Origin: an uncultured Phycisphaerales bacterium
Lineage (GTDB): Bacteria; Planctomycetota; Phycisphaerae; Tepidisphaerales; Tepidisphaeraceae
Assembly: GCA_963758525.1 (NCBI GenBank)
Contig: CAVWVQ010000003.1
Location: 2,816,001 to 2,880,000 of the forward strand
Direction of reading: 5' to 3'
Length of the DNA: 64,000 bases
Part shown: piece after piece, positions 36,401 through 47,307 of the stretch
Layout: every line of letters starts with the position of its first letter
How positions within the stretch are numbered: the first letter of the stretch is position 1
The notes under the pieces: model-generated
Told to the model about the DNA's origin: nothing
Databases searched by the model: none
Seen by the model: only the letters and a program-made list of their open reading frames with translations
Made by a program: the position numbers and the translations under genes

Positions 36401-36850
36401 CTCTTGAAAACCGTATTGCACCATTTAGGACAATCCGATGTGACGCGTCCCGCCAGCGCCGCCCCTGTCGAATCGCCCAGGCTGCAGTCACGGCCGGATG
36501 TCAGCGAGGGGCCGATCACCAGCACGCTGAACGACTATCCCGGAATGAAAAACATCATTCTTGAGTTTGTCGCGGGTCTTCCGGAGGAAGTGAAGAAAAT
36601 GCAGGAGCTGATGGACGGTCACGACCTCTCGCTGCTCAAGCGTGCGGTGCATCAGCTTCGCGGCGCCGGCGGCGGATATGGGTTTGACGCGATCTCCGAA
36701 AAGGCGACGGCCGCCGAAGAGTCGATCAAGGCGTCCGATAATCTCGAGACGATCCAGGCGAAGATTAATTCCCTGATTGACGTGATTCATCGCATCGAGG
36801 GATTCGACAAGAACAAGGAGAACGCCGCGCTCAAAGGAGATCGCTCATGA
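33477..36850 (+). CDS. Hybrid sensor histidine kinase: ethylene-receptor-like TM domain, three PAS, HisKA, HATPase, REC, Hpt (four apparent frameshifts)
   Basis: Joined ORFs 33477, 34016, 34600, 35154, 35405. [47 protein letters not shown]. Confidence 0.88.
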
Positions 36851-37743
36851 AGGATACCGTATTGATCGTTGACGATTCGCCGCACGTGCACAAGCTCGTC
36901 GGCGCCTATCTGAAGAACGACGACATCTCCCTGCAGTCCGCCTTTGACGGGGAAGCAGCGATCTCCAGCGCTTCCCAGCGGCGGCCGAGCCTCATCCTTC
37001 TGGACGTGGACATGCCGCAGGTCGACGGGTTTGAAGTGTGCCGGCGTCTTCGCTCCAATCCCGCGACCAACGACACGCCGGTGATGTTCGTCACCGCCGA
37101 CGGCTCGCTCTCCGACAAGGTGAAGGGGCTGAACCTGGGGGCGGTCGACTACATCACCAAGCCATTCAAACCTGAAGAATTGCAGGCCCGTGTGCAGGCG
37201 GCGCTGCGGGCGCGGCGGCAGTTGGCGGCGACTTCATTGGTGGACGGCATCTCCGGACTGTGGAACGAGTCCTACCTGCAGCAGCATCTCCCCGCGCAGA
37301 TCTCGCTGGCGCGGCGCAGCGGGCAATCGCTCTCGTGCGTTGCCGCAAACATCGATGCGCTGCACCGGATCAATCACGACAAAGGTCAGGCCGCCGGCGA
37401 CGACATCGTGCGCGCGGTCGGGCACATTCTGCTGAGCCATTGCCGCGCGGAAGACATCGCGTGCCATTGCCATGAGAAGTTCGTGCTCCTTTTGCCAGGC
37501 ACGTCACGCGTTGGCGCAGCGAAGCTTGCCGATCGGGCGCGTACGGAAATCGAACGGCAGCTCCGTCATCGAGCCGGCGAAGGAATCGAGGTGACCTGCA
37601 GCTTCGGCGTTGCCGACACCCACGGGGAGACTGACCTGTCGGTGGTCGATGGCGCCGACGCCGCTCTCTACCGCGCCAAGCAGAGCGGCGGAAACAAGGT
37701 TTCCATCAGCCGCCCGCCGCAGGCGGACTGCACGGGCGCGTAA
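36847..37743 (+). CDS. REC-GGDEF protein, degenerate active site
   Basis: LLDVDMP receiver; RAED I-site then IACHCHEKF in place of GGDEF; ADAALYRAK. ATGA-coupled to the kinase. Confidence 0.85.
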   Translation: MKDTVLIVDDSPHVHKLVGAYLKNDDISLQSAFDGEAAISSASQRRPSLILLDVDMPQVDGFEVCRRLRSNPATNDTPVMFVTADGSLSDKVKGLNLGAVDYITKPFKPEELQARVQAALRARRQLAATSLVDGISGLWNESYLQQHLPAQISLARRSGQSLSCVAANIDALHRINHDKGQAAGDDIVRAVGHILLSHCRAEDIACHCHEKFVLLLPGTSRVGAAKLADRARTEIERQLRHRAGEGIEVTCSFGVADTHGETDLSVVDGADAALYRAKQSGGNKVSISRPPQADCTGA

Positions 37744-37746
37744 CAT

Positions 37747-37898
37747 GGTTCAGGATGCAAGGGAACGTGGTCCCGCTCCGCTGACTTTAGATTTTCATTT
37801 TTCATTTTTCATTTTTCATTCTTCCTTTGCGGAGAATGAAAAATGCTCAATGAAAAGTGAAAAATGAAAAAGTGGAAATTGAGTCCGCTTCCTGAACC
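37747..37898. repeat. Palindromic heptamer-array element
   Basis: (TTTTTCA)n facing (TGAAAAA)n, bounded by GGTTCAGGA and TCCTGAACC. Confidence 0.75.
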
Positions 37899-38065
37899 GT
37901 AAAACCCCTCTTCGCGCGGGTATCTTCCGCGCGAGCGCGGTTCCCGTGCGCCGCTCATCCCAGAAAAACGGTCTTTTCAGATTGTTGCTAATGCCGGGGC
38001 ACGATCCGCTCGACGAAGAAGATGGCGCGACAAGCGCCCGGCGGACAGATAGAAGGAGATGGAAA

Positions 38066-38973
38066 ATGCCTCAAACGGTGTTGCTTGTGGACGACTCGAT
38101 TCCCCTTCACAAGCTGGTGCGCGCGCAGCTCGAGGCCGAGCCGGTGGAAGTCCACTCCGCCTACGACGGCGAAGCCGCTCTCAATGCCGCGGTTTCCCTC
38201 CGGCCGACACTGATCCTTCTTGACGTCGACATGCCTGAATTGGACGGCTTCGAGGTCTGCCGACGCCTTAAGGGCAATCCGCTCACTGCCTCGATTCCCG
38301 TCATTTTTCTCACCGCCAACTCGCTGGTTGGCGACAAGGTGCGCGGCTTTGATACCGGCGGTGCGGATTACGTCACCAAGCCGTTCAAGCCGGAGGAGTT
38401 GCGGGCCCGCGTGCGCGGCCCTTCGCGCCAAGCATCAGCTGGAGAAGACGTCGATGGTCGATGCCGCGACCGGCATGTGGAATCGCTCGTATCTGGATTT
38501 GCATCTCAAAGCGCAGCTCTCGCTCGCCCGCCGCAGCAACCGGCCGCTCTCTTGCCTGATGATTGAGATCGATCGCTTTACCACGATGGCCGCGACGCAC
38601 GGCGTCAACGCCGCGCAGGAAGCGATCCGCGGCATCGCCCGCATCTCGCTCAGCCAGGTTCGCGCCGAGGACCTGATCTGCCGGTACACCGATTCGAAAA
38701 TCATCGTTCTCGTCAACGGCGCAGAATCGCGCCGCCGCGTCGCGGGTGGCAGAACGCCTGCGGCATGAAATCGAGCGTCAACTGGCGGTCGTCGATGGCA
38801 TGCCGGTCGGGCTCACCTGCAGCATCGGGGTTTCCGATACGCTCGTTGCCTCCGATGAGGCGTTGGTCGATCGCGCCGACGCCGCTGTCTCACGTGCCCG
38901 CCAATGCGGGCGAAACGCCGTTTTTGTCGCGCGTCCTGCTGCCGATGAGGCACACGCGGTCGCCGTCGCCTGA
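38066..38973 (+). CDS. REC-GGDEF protein, degenerate active site (two apparent frameshifts)
   Basis: AAGGAG RBS; LLDVDMP; RAED then LICRYTDSK; ADAAVSRARQCGRN. Confidence 0.8.
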
Positions 38974-38995
38974 CACTGAACACGAGGTCCGCATC

Positions 38996-39934
38996 ATGCA
39001 ACAGCAACTGCTTCTCATCGACGACTCCAAGCACATTCATCCGCTGATCAAGGCGCTCCTCGCCGACGAGCAGTTGGAGATTCACTCGGCGTACGACGCC
39101 GAGTTCGGCCTCAGCATGATCAAGTCGCTCCGCCCGGATCTGATCCTCATGGACGTCGATATGCCGGGCATCAACGGCTTCGAAGCGTGCAAGCGGCTCA
39201 AGAGCGACCCGACCAACGCATCGATCCCGCTCATCTTCCTCACCAGTTGCGGCTCGATCGAGGAGAAGGTGCGCGGACTGGAACTGGGCGCGGTCGACTA
39301 TGTCACCAAGCCCTGCAACCGCGCCGAGCTGCAGGCCCGCGTGCGCGCGTCGCTCCGCATGAGCCAGTTGATCCGCCTTCTGGAAGAAAAAGCGCTGATT
39401 GACGCCCTTACCGGCCTTGGCAATCGCGCGATGTTTGAACAGCGCCTCGCCGCGGAGGTCGCCCTGCGCATTCGTTCCGGCGCGCCTCTCGCCTGCATAC
39501 TGATGGACCTCGACCAGTTTAAGTCGATCAACGATTCCTTCGGACATCCCTTTGGCGACATGGTGCTGCGGAAGGTCGCGTCGATCATAGCCGAGCATTG
39601 CCGGACGGAAGATGTCGCCTGCCGGCTTGGCGGAGAGGAATTCGTCGTCCTCTCGCCCAATACCAGCGCCGAACAGGCAACGATGCTCGCCGAGCGGATG
39701 CGTGCGGCGATTGCCAAAACTTCATTCGTGCAGGGCGGCAAGACCGTCGCCGTCACGTCCAGTTTCGGCGTGGTCGACGCCGGCGACCCGTACGACCGTT
39801 CCCTCCTGGAGCGAGCGGATGCCGCTCTCTATGAGTCCAAGCAGCAAGGCCGAAACCGCGTGACCGCCGCGATGGCGCCAACTCAATCGATCTCGTCGGC
39901 CATGCACGCGATGCCCAGGACGGCAGTCGCTTAG
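38996..39934 (+). CDS. REC-GGDEF diguanylate cyclase, intact
   Basis: DALTGLGNR, DLDQFKSINDSFGH, RTEDVACRLGGEEF. Confidence 0.92.
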   Translation: MQQQLLLIDDSKHIHPLIKALLADEQLEIHSAYDAEFGLSMIKSLRPDLILMDVDMPGINGFEACKRLKSDPTNASIPLIFLTSCGSIEEKVRGLELGAVDYVTKPCNRAELQARVRASLRMSQLIRLLEEKALIDALTGLGNRAMFEQRLAAEVALRIRSGAPLACILMDLDQFKSINDSFGHPFGDMVLRKVASIIAEHCRTEDVACRLGGEEFVVLSPNTSAEQATMLAERMRAAIAKTSFVQGGKTVAVTSSFGVVDAGDPYDRSLLERADAALYESKQQGRNRVTAAMAPTQSISSAMHAMPRTAVA

Positions 39935-40060
39935 AGACGAGTTCATCATCTAAAAGTGACGGGCGCGTGAATCCCCGACGTCGGGCGGCGCCTGCTCTTA
40001 AGGGCCCGCGCACGAATAACCTGGTCAAATAATTAGAAGTCAGCGGACGGCGATTCCCCT

Positions 40061-40113
40061 GTAGCACAGCCGTCTCGGCTGATTTCGGGCCACAGCCGAG
40101 ACGGCCGTGCTAC
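40061..40113. repeat. GTAG-type REP doublet
   Basis: GTAGCACAGCCGTCTCGGCTG ... CACAGCCGAGACGGCCGTGCTAC inverted pair. Confidence 0.75.
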
Positions 40114-40183
40114 GCAGCGCGTCACTTATAGCTCCGAAATTGCTCAAGTTATTCGTGCGCGAGCACTAAGATGATGGTGTCGC

Positions 40184-42854
40184 ATGGAACGCCGCCTCAT
40201 CTTCATTCGCGGGATTGTGCAGGGCGTGGGCTTTCGTCCGTTTGTTTTTAACCTGGCGTCTCAACTGAGTCTCACCGGATTTGTCAGGAATGATGACGGG
40301 ACGGTGGCGATCGAGGTGGAGGGGGAGTCGGGCGCGCTGGATCGCTTCGCGACGGAACTTTCGGAGCATCCGCCGGCGCTGGCACGCATCGAATCAATCT
40401 CCAGTGCGTCGGTGCAACTCAAGGGGGAGCGGGAATTTCGGATTGAGACGAGCCGTGCGGGTGAATCGGGCGCGCAGCGATCGGTCTTCATCTCCCCGGA
40501 CGTCGCGACGTGCGACGATTGCCTGCGCGAACTGTTCGATCCGAAGGATCGCCGGTACCGCTATCCCTTCATCAACTGCACGAACTGCGGCCCGCGGCTC
40601 ACGATCGTCACGGGCGCACCCTACGACCGGCCGCGAACAACGATGGCGTTGTTCGCGATGTGCCGGCAATGTCAGGCGGAATACGACGACCCGCGCGACC
40701 GGCGGTTTCACGCGCAGCCGACGTGTTGCCCTCGATGCGGGCCGCAGTTGGAACTGCTCGATGCACAGGGGAAAACGGTCGCATCAGATGATCCGGTGAG
40801 AACGACAGCTGATGCACTTCGCGCGGGCGGGATTGTGGCGATCAAGGGGCTGGGCGGGTTTCATCTGGCGTGCAGCGCGCTCGACGACCAAGTGGTGCGC
40901 GCACTGCGGGAGCGGAAGCATCGTGACGAGAAGCCGTTCGCGATCATGGTTTCCAACGTTGCCGCGGCTCGCGTTTTGTGTGAGGTCGGGCCGGCGGAGG
41001 CGGGGCTGTTGCGATCCCCGTCGGCGCCGATTGTGCTTCTTGCGAGGAAGTCGCTTCAGCACCTCCTGTCGGCAGATGTCGACGGCGACGGTGATCTCAA
41101 AGATGGGCCGACTCTCGCAAACTTCCAAATCACCCTCACCCCAACCCTCTCCCGGGGTACCGGGAGAGGGGGAAATGAAACGGAGTCAAAGGGCGGGCAA
41201 TTCGTGGCGGATGCAGTTGCGCCGGGGAATCCGTCGCTGGGCGTGATGGTTCCGTATACGCCGTTGCATCATCTTTTGTTTGATGGAACCGGTGGACTCC
41301 CGCTGGTAATGACCAGCGGAAATCGGTCCGATGAGCCCATCGCATATGAGAACGACGACGCGGTCGCACGGCTCAGCGGGATCGCGGATCTGTTTCTCGT
41401 TCACAATCGGCCGATTCAGGTGCGGTGCGATGATTCGGTGACGCGGGTTGTTGTGGGGTTGGAGGCGAGCACGTCCCCCTCCCCTGGTACTCCGGGGGAG
41501 GGCCGGGGTGGGGGCCTGACGCGCGCGGATGCGCAGCCACCAAATTCCGCTCCCACGATCCTCTCGCGAATTACCACAATAGAGAGATCGAGCGATTCAG
41601 GCCATGGCTTTGAAGCTCTCGGCGGTGCAGCGGAACGCTCCGCGGCATCAGCACTCCGGTCGGAATTGCCAATCCGGCGATCGCGCGGCTATGCGCCGCA
41701 GCCGATCGCGATGCCCCTCGTATGTCGGCTTCCGATGCTGGCAGTGGGGGGGCAATTGAAGGGAACGGTTGCGCTGGGTCGCGATCGGCACGCGTTTGTG
41801 AGCCACCATTTGGGGGATCTCGACCACTACGAAGCGTTCAAGGCGTTCGAGCGCGACATCGCGTTGTACGAGCAACTTTTCGATGTGAAGCCTCGGCAGA
41901 TCGTTCACGATCTGCATCCCGATTATGCATCCACCGGCTATGCGATGCGGCGGGGCGCTGCGGAGAACGTGCGACTGATCGGCGTGCAGCATCATCATGC
42001 GCACATGGCTTCATGCATGGCGGAAAATCGTTTGGGCGGCCCGGTCATCGGCGTGAGTTTCGACGGCACGGGCTACGGCCTTGATGGAGCCGTGTGGGGC
42101 GGGGAATTTCTCATCGGGGATTATCGTACGTTTGAGCGGGCAGCGCATCTGCGCTACGTGCGGATGCCGGGAGCCGACACGGCAATTCGCGAGCCGTGGC
42201 GGATGGCGCTGGCCCACTTGCTGGATGCAGAGTGCGGCGACGCGGTGCTGCGCGACCGCATTTCGGAAAATATGTTGAAGACCGCACGGCAGATGATTTT
42301 GCGGGGTTTCAATTCGCCGCTGACCAGCAGCATGGGCCGGCTGTTCGACGCGGTCGCGGCGCTGGCGGGGGTACGCGATCGCGTGAGCTACGAGGGCCAA
42401 GCGGCCATCGAATTGGAGTGGCTGTGCGCGCGATTCGACGGTGGTTGGCACCTACCCTTTTGAAATCTATCCCGCGCTTTCGCAGGGTAAGGAAAAAAAA
42501 CAACCGTTGACTGTCGACCCGCGCCGCATGATAGAATGTGTGTGTGAGGAGATTCGCGAGGGAGCGAGTTCCTCTGCCGTGGCGCGACGCTTTCACTCGA
42601 CGGTGGTCGAAATAATTGTTCGGGTGTGCGAGCGTTTGCGGAACGATGGTGGACCTGGCGTGGTTGTTCTCAGCGGCGGAGTTTTCATGAACGTCCTGCT
42701 GACCAGTGAAACGATCGCGCGTTTGCACGGAGCCGGCTTCCGCGTCTACCGTCACCGTCTCGTCCCGCCCAACGACGCTGGACTCAGCCTTGGACAACTT
42801 GCCATTGCCGCCGCGCGGGACCGTGACCCTGCTTCTTCATCCAGACCGGAGTAA
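40184..42854 (+). CDS. hypF: Carbamoyltransferase HypF (frameshift near 42440; two in-frame insertions)
   Basis: GIVQGVGFRP, zinc fingers CDDC/CTNCGPR/CRQC/CPRCGP, QHHHAH, PPNDAGLSLGQ. Confidence 0.95.
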
Positions 42855-42856
42855 CA

Positions 42857-43117
42857 ATGTGTCTGGCCATTCCGGGCAAGGTCATAGAGACGTACCACGA
42901 GCACGAGGTGCTCATGGGAAAAGTCGATTTCAGCGGCATCCTCAAGCGTGTCTGCCTGGAGCACGTCCCCAAAGCCAACGTCGGCGACTACGTGCTGGTG
43001 CATGTCGGCTTCGCGCTGCAATGCATCGATGAAGCTGAGGCTCGCCGTGTGTTCGAATTCCTGGATGACATGAATCAGTTGGACGAGTTACAAGCACCGT
43101 CCGACTCGTCACCATGA
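42857..43117 (+). CDS. hypC: Hydrogenase maturation chaperone HypC
   Basis: [18 protein letters not shown]. Confidence 0.96.
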   Translation: MCLAIPGKVIETYHEHEVLMGKVDFSGILKRVCLEHVPKANVGDYVLVHVGFALQCIDEAEARRVFEFLDDMNQLDELQAPSDSSP

Positions 43118-44298
43118 AATATCTGGACGAATACCGCGATGCGTCCACGGCAAAAAGACTTGCCGACGCCATCGCCAAAACCGTCACGCGTCCATGGACG
43201 ATCATGGAAGTGTGCGGCGGGCAGACTCACACAATCGTCAAATACGGCATCGACGAAATCCTTCCGCCGCAAGTTGAACTGGTTCACGGCCCCGGTTGTC
43301 CGGTTTGCGTGACCAGCCTGGAAATGATCGACCGTGCCCACACGATCGCGTCCCGGCCGGAAGTGATCTTCTGCTCGTTTGGTGACATGCTGCGAGTTCC
43401 CGGCTCGCGGGAAGACCTGCTTTCGCTCAAGTCGAAAGGCGCCGATGTCCGCACGGTCTATTCTCCGCTGGATGCGGTGAATCTTGCCGCCGCCAATCCA
43501 ACGCGCAAGGTTGTGTTCTTTGCAATCGGTTTTGAAACGACAGCGCCGCCGAATGCGATGGCAGTGTGGCTGGCGCACAAGCGAAAGTTGATGAACTTCA
43601 GCGTTCTTGTCTCGCACGTGCTGGTGCCGCCATCAATGACGGCGATCCTTCAGGCGCCCGGCAACCGCGTGCAGGGGTTCTTGGGGCCCGGCCATGTCTG
43701 CACCGTGATGGGCTATGAAGAGTATTACCCGATTGCCGCGCACTATCGCGTGCCGATCGTCATCACCGGCTTTGAACCGATCGATATGCTCGAAGGGGTG
43801 CTGCTCACGATTCGACAGTTGGAAGAAGGGCGCGCCGAGGTTGAAAATCCCTACTCGCGAGCGGTGAAACCCAAGGGGAATGAGCAATCGCGCAAGCTGA
43901 TCGATGAGGTCTTTGAGGTGTGCGATCGCAAATGGCGCGGCGTCGGTCTGATCCCCAAAAGCGGCTACAAGCTGCGTTATGAATATCGGGATCACGACGC
44001 GGAGCGGATCTTCGCCGTCGAGGGGATTTCCGCGCAGGAATCGACCATCTGCATCAGCGGCCAGGTGCTGCGCGGCCTGAAAAAGCCCCACGACTGCGCG
44101 GCGTTTGGCACGACCTGCACCCCGCAGCGACCGCTGGGGGCGACGATGGTTTCCGCCGAAGGCGCCTGCGCGGCCTACTACGCTTACGGGCGGCATCTCG
44201 AAATAAGCCGAAAGAAGGATCAGTCCGGAAAGGGAAACGGAAATGGTAATGGACATGCGCTCCCGGTGTTGGAACCCCGTTTAGCCGCGACGCGCTAG
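43114..44298 (+). CDS. hypD: Hydrogenase maturation protein HypD
   Basis: [25 protein letters not shown]. Confidence 0.96.
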   Translation: MKYLDEYRDASTAKRLADAIAKTVTRPWTIMEVCGGQTHTIVKYGIDEILPPQVELVHGPGCPVCVTSLEMIDRAHTIASRPEVIFCSFGDMLRVPGSREDLLSLKSKGADVRTVYSPLDAVNLAAANPTRKVVFFAIGFETTAPPNAMAVWLAHKRKLMNFSVLVSHVLVPPSMTAILQAPGNRVQGFLGPGHVCTVMGYEEYYPIAAHYRVPIVITGFEPIDMLEGVLLTIRQLEEGRAEVENPYSRAVKPKGNEQSRKLIDEVFEVCDRKWRGVGLIPKSGYKLRYEYRDHDAERIFAVEGISAQESTICISGQVLRGLKKPHDCAAFGTTCTPQRPLGATMVSAEGACAAYYAYGRHLEISRKKDQSGKGNGNGNGHALPVLEPRLAATR

Positions 44299-44416
44299 CG
44301 GAGCGATTGGAATGGCTTCCAAGCGCTCCACTGACGCGTCGTGGTAAACCGGGCGGAAGCGCTCGAATGTTGTTGGGTCGCTTCGGCTTGCGAAGCGACG
44401 CTTGCGGAAGGGTTTC

Positions 44417-45049
44417 ATGACGGCAATTTCTGAGCGGAACGCACCCCCGACCTTCGCCCCCGGCGAACTAGCCGCGAAAGTGATGCGCCAATGCCGGGAA
44501 GTTATCGCGACAAAAGAGGAGTTTTTTGCGCAGAACGCCGAGAAGATCTCGCAATGTGCGACTGCGATGTCTGATGCATTTGCGAAGGGGGGCCGGCTTC
44601 TGGTCTTCGGAAATGGAGGCAGTTCCTGCGATGCCTTGCACATGGTTGTCGAGTGCATGCATCCGATCATTCAAAAACGCCCCGCGCTCCCGGCGATCGC
44701 GTTGAACAGTGACATGGCGACCCTTACAGCGATTGGGAACGATCAGGATTTTTCCCTGGCCTACGTGCAGCAGCTTCAAGTGCTCGCCCGGCCAGGCGAC
44801 ATGGCGATGGGATTTTCCACCAGCGGGAAGTCCGCCAACGTCAACCGCGCTCTGCGGGCGGCGCGCGAAATGGGACTGCTTACCGTCGGATGCAGCGGCC
44901 GGGACGGCGGACGAATGCCCGAGTTCTCCGATTATTCTTTTGTGGTGCGCAGTTTCAGTATTCCCAGAATCCAGGAAACGCAGGAAACTTTGCTCCATAT
45001 CCTGTGGGACCTTGTCCATGTGGTCCGTGGTGAGGAAGATGTGTTGTAA
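44417..45049 (+). CDS. SIS-domain phosphoheptose isomerase-like (GmhA-like) protein
   Basis: GNGGS, TAIGND, STSGKSAN, RIQE. Confidence 0.88.
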   Translation: MTAISERNAPPTFAPGELAAKVMRQCREVIATKEEFFAQNAEKISQCATAMSDAFAKGGRLLVFGNGGSSCDALHMVVECMHPIIQKRPALPAIALNSDMATLTAIGNDQDFSLAYVQQLQVLARPGDMAMGFSTSGKSANVNRALRAAREMGLLTVGCSGRDGGRMPEFSDYSFVVRSFSIPRIQETQETLLHILWDLVHVVRGEEDVL

Positions 45050-45066
45050 CCGGTAGGAAGTTTTGC

Positions 45067-46155
45067 ATGTCCACTGTTGCCGAAACGCTCGATCTCGCAA
45101 TGTTCGGCTCCTGCCCGCTCCCCAAATATGAATACGACCGCATCCTCCTGGGCCACGGCAGCGGCGGAGGACTGACGGCGGACCTCATTCAACGCCTCTT
45201 CCTTCCCGGTTTTTCCAACGCCACACTCAACGCGCTCGAAGACCAGGCGACGCTCACTCTTGAGAGAGATGCGACCGGCACTTCGCCGCGGATCGCGTTC
45301 ACCACCGACTCTTTCGTGGTCCGTCCCCTTTTCTTTCCCGGCGGGGATATCGGGAAGCTGGCCGTGCACGGCACGGTGAACGATCTTGCGGTCGGCGGCG
45401 CCAAGCCGCTGTTTCTCTCGGCCGCGTTCATTCTTGAAGAAGGGTTGCCGCTGGAGGATTTGCAGCGCATTGTCGCGTCGATGCGCCAGGCCTGCGACGA
45501 AGCAGGTGTCGCATTGGTCACCGGCGACACGAAAGTCGTCGATCGCGGCAAGGGAGATCAGGTCTTCATCACCACCTCCGGCATCGGGATCGTGCCGCAG
45601 GGGCGATCGCTCTCCATCCGCACCGCGCGGCCCGGGGATGTCATCATCGTCTCGGGAACGCTGGGCGATCACGGCATCGCGATCATGTCGCTGCGCGAAG
45701 GAATCGAATTTGAAACCGTGTTGGAGAGCGACACCGCCCCGCTCACCGATCTGGTGCGGGTGATGCTCGACGCTTGCCCCTCCATTCGCTGCATGCGCGA
45801 TCCGACCCGCGGCGGACTCTCCAGCGCGCTCAATGAACTGGCTGCCGCGTCGAATGTCGGCGTCGAATTGAACGAATCTGCGATTCCGCTCAAGGCGGAA
45901 GTGCGCGGCGCCTGCGAGATGCTCGGGCTGGACCCGTTGTACGTGGCCAATGAAGGGAAGTTGATCGCGGTGGTGCCCCCGGACCATGCGCCGCGCGTGC
46001 TTGACGCGATGCGCGCTCATCCGCTGGGCTGCAATGCGGCTGTCGTGGGGCATGTGGTGGAAGACCACAAAGGAATGGTCATTCTGAAATCGCTGGTGGG
46101 CGGCGCGCGCGTCGTCACCATGCTGGCTGGAGAACAGTTGCCCAGAATCTGTTGA
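45067..46155 (+). CDS. hypE: Carbamoyl dehydratase HypE
   Basis: HGSGG, TTDSFVV, GDTKVV, RDPTRGG, terminal LPRIC. Confidence 0.96.
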   Translation: MSTVAETLDLAMFGSCPLPKYEYDRILLGHGSGGGLTADLIQRLFLPGFSNATLNALEDQATLTLERDATGTSPRIAFTTDSFVVRPLFFPGGDIGKLAVHGTVNDLAVGGAKPLFLSAAFILEEGLPLEDLQRIVASMRQACDEAGVALVTGDTKVVDRGKGDQVFITTSGIGIVPQGRSLSIRTARPGDVIIVSGTLGDHGIAIMSLREGIEFETVLESDTAPLTDLVRVMLDACPSIRCMRDPTRGGLSSALNELAAASNVGVELNESAIPLKAEVRGACEMLGLDPLYVANEGKLIAVVPPDHAPRVLDAMRAHPLGCNAAVVGHVVEDHKGMVILKSLVGGARVVTMLAGEQLPRIC

Positions 46156-46214
46156 CCCAACACCCGGCCCCGCCCGCTCGACGCGCAAAGGCGGAGCAGA
46201 TCGGAGAAGTTCCC

Positions 46215-47294
46215 ATGGCAGAGCAAACCATCCCGTACGGCCGCAAGACGCAGAAGCCGTCGCCGGTCAAGGAAGTGCATGTGCTCTGGATTACTGCGGG
46301 CCTTGGTTGCGACGGCGATTCCGTCTCCATCACCGCGGCGACGCAGCCAAGCATTGAGGATGTGATCCTGGGAGCGATCCCCGGCCTTCCCAAGGTCCAC
46401 GTTCACAACCCCGTCCTTGCCTACGAGAACGGCGACGAATTCATGAGCTACTGGTACCAGGCGGATGAAGACCGCCTTGGAGCGCCGTTCGTGCTCGTCG
46501 TCGAAGGCTCGATTCCCAACGAAAAGATCAAGAGCGAGGGGTATTGGGCCGCGCTGGGAACCGACAAAAAGACCGGCCAGCCGATTACCACCTGCGAGTG
46601 GATCGACCGTCTGGCGCCCAAGGCGCTGGCGGTTGTCGCGATCGGAACCTGCGCAACCTACGGCGGAATTCACGCGATGCAGGGCAACCCCACCGGCGCA
46701 ATGGGCCTGGCCGATTATCTGGGCTGGGACTGGAAATCCAAGGCAGGGCTTCCCATCGTTAACGTTCCCGGTTGCCCGGTTCAGCCGGATAACTTCATGG
46801 AGACGCTGCTGTATCTGCTCTTCCAGGTATCCGGACTGGCGCCGATGATTCCGCTCGATTCGGAACTGCGGCCGACCTGGCTGTTTGGTAAGACGGTGCA
46901 CGAAGGGTGCGATCGCGCCGGCTACTACGAGCAGGGCGATTTTGCCAACGAATATGGGTCGCCCAAGTGCATCGTCAAGCTCGGTTGCTGGGGGCCGGTG
47001 GTCAACTGCAATGTGCCCAAGCGCGGATGGATGGCCGGCATCGGCGGCTGCCCCAACGTCGGCGGGATCTGCATCGGCTGCACCATGCCGGGCTTCCCTG
47101 ACAAATTCATGCCCTTCATGGACGAACCGCCCGGCGGAAAGCTCTCGAGTTCAACCATCAGCGTTTACGGCGCGATGATTCGCAAACTCCGCGGCATCAC
47201 TAACCACACCGTCAACAAAGAACCGAAGTGGCGGCACACCCGTCCCGAACTGACCACCGGTTATCACCCCACCTCCTACGGAAACAATCATTGA
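46215..47294 (+). CDS. hhyS: Group 1h [NiFe]-hydrogenase small subunit
   Basis: No Tat signal; GLGCDGD (Asp replaces the second Cys), GTCATYGG, PGCP, HEGCDR, CIGCT. Confidence 0.92.
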   Translation: MAEQTIPYGRKTQKPSPVKEVHVLWITAGLGCDGDSVSITAATQPSIEDVILGAIPGLPKVHVHNPVLAYENGDEFMSYWYQADEDRLGAPFVLVVEGSIPNEKIKSEGYWAALGTDKKTGQPITTCEWIDRLAPKALAVVAIGTCATYGGIHAMQGNPTGAMGLADYLGWDWKSKAGLPIVNVPGCPVQPDNFMETLLYLLFQVSGLAPMIPLDSELRPTWLFGKTVHEGCDRAGYYEQGDFANEYGSPKCIVKLGCWGPVVNCNVPKRGWMAGIGGCPNVGGICIGCTMPGFPDKFMPFMDEPPGGKLSSSTISVYGAMIRKLRGITNHTVNKEPKWRHTRPELTTGYHPTSYGNNH

Positions 47295-47307
47295 AAGGAC
47301 CCACGCC

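Noticed and set aside
44417..45049. GmhA-like gene as evidence of an LPS/heptose pathway
   Set aside because: No other heptose genes nearby, and SIS-domain genes are a known companion of group 1h hydrogenase clusters.
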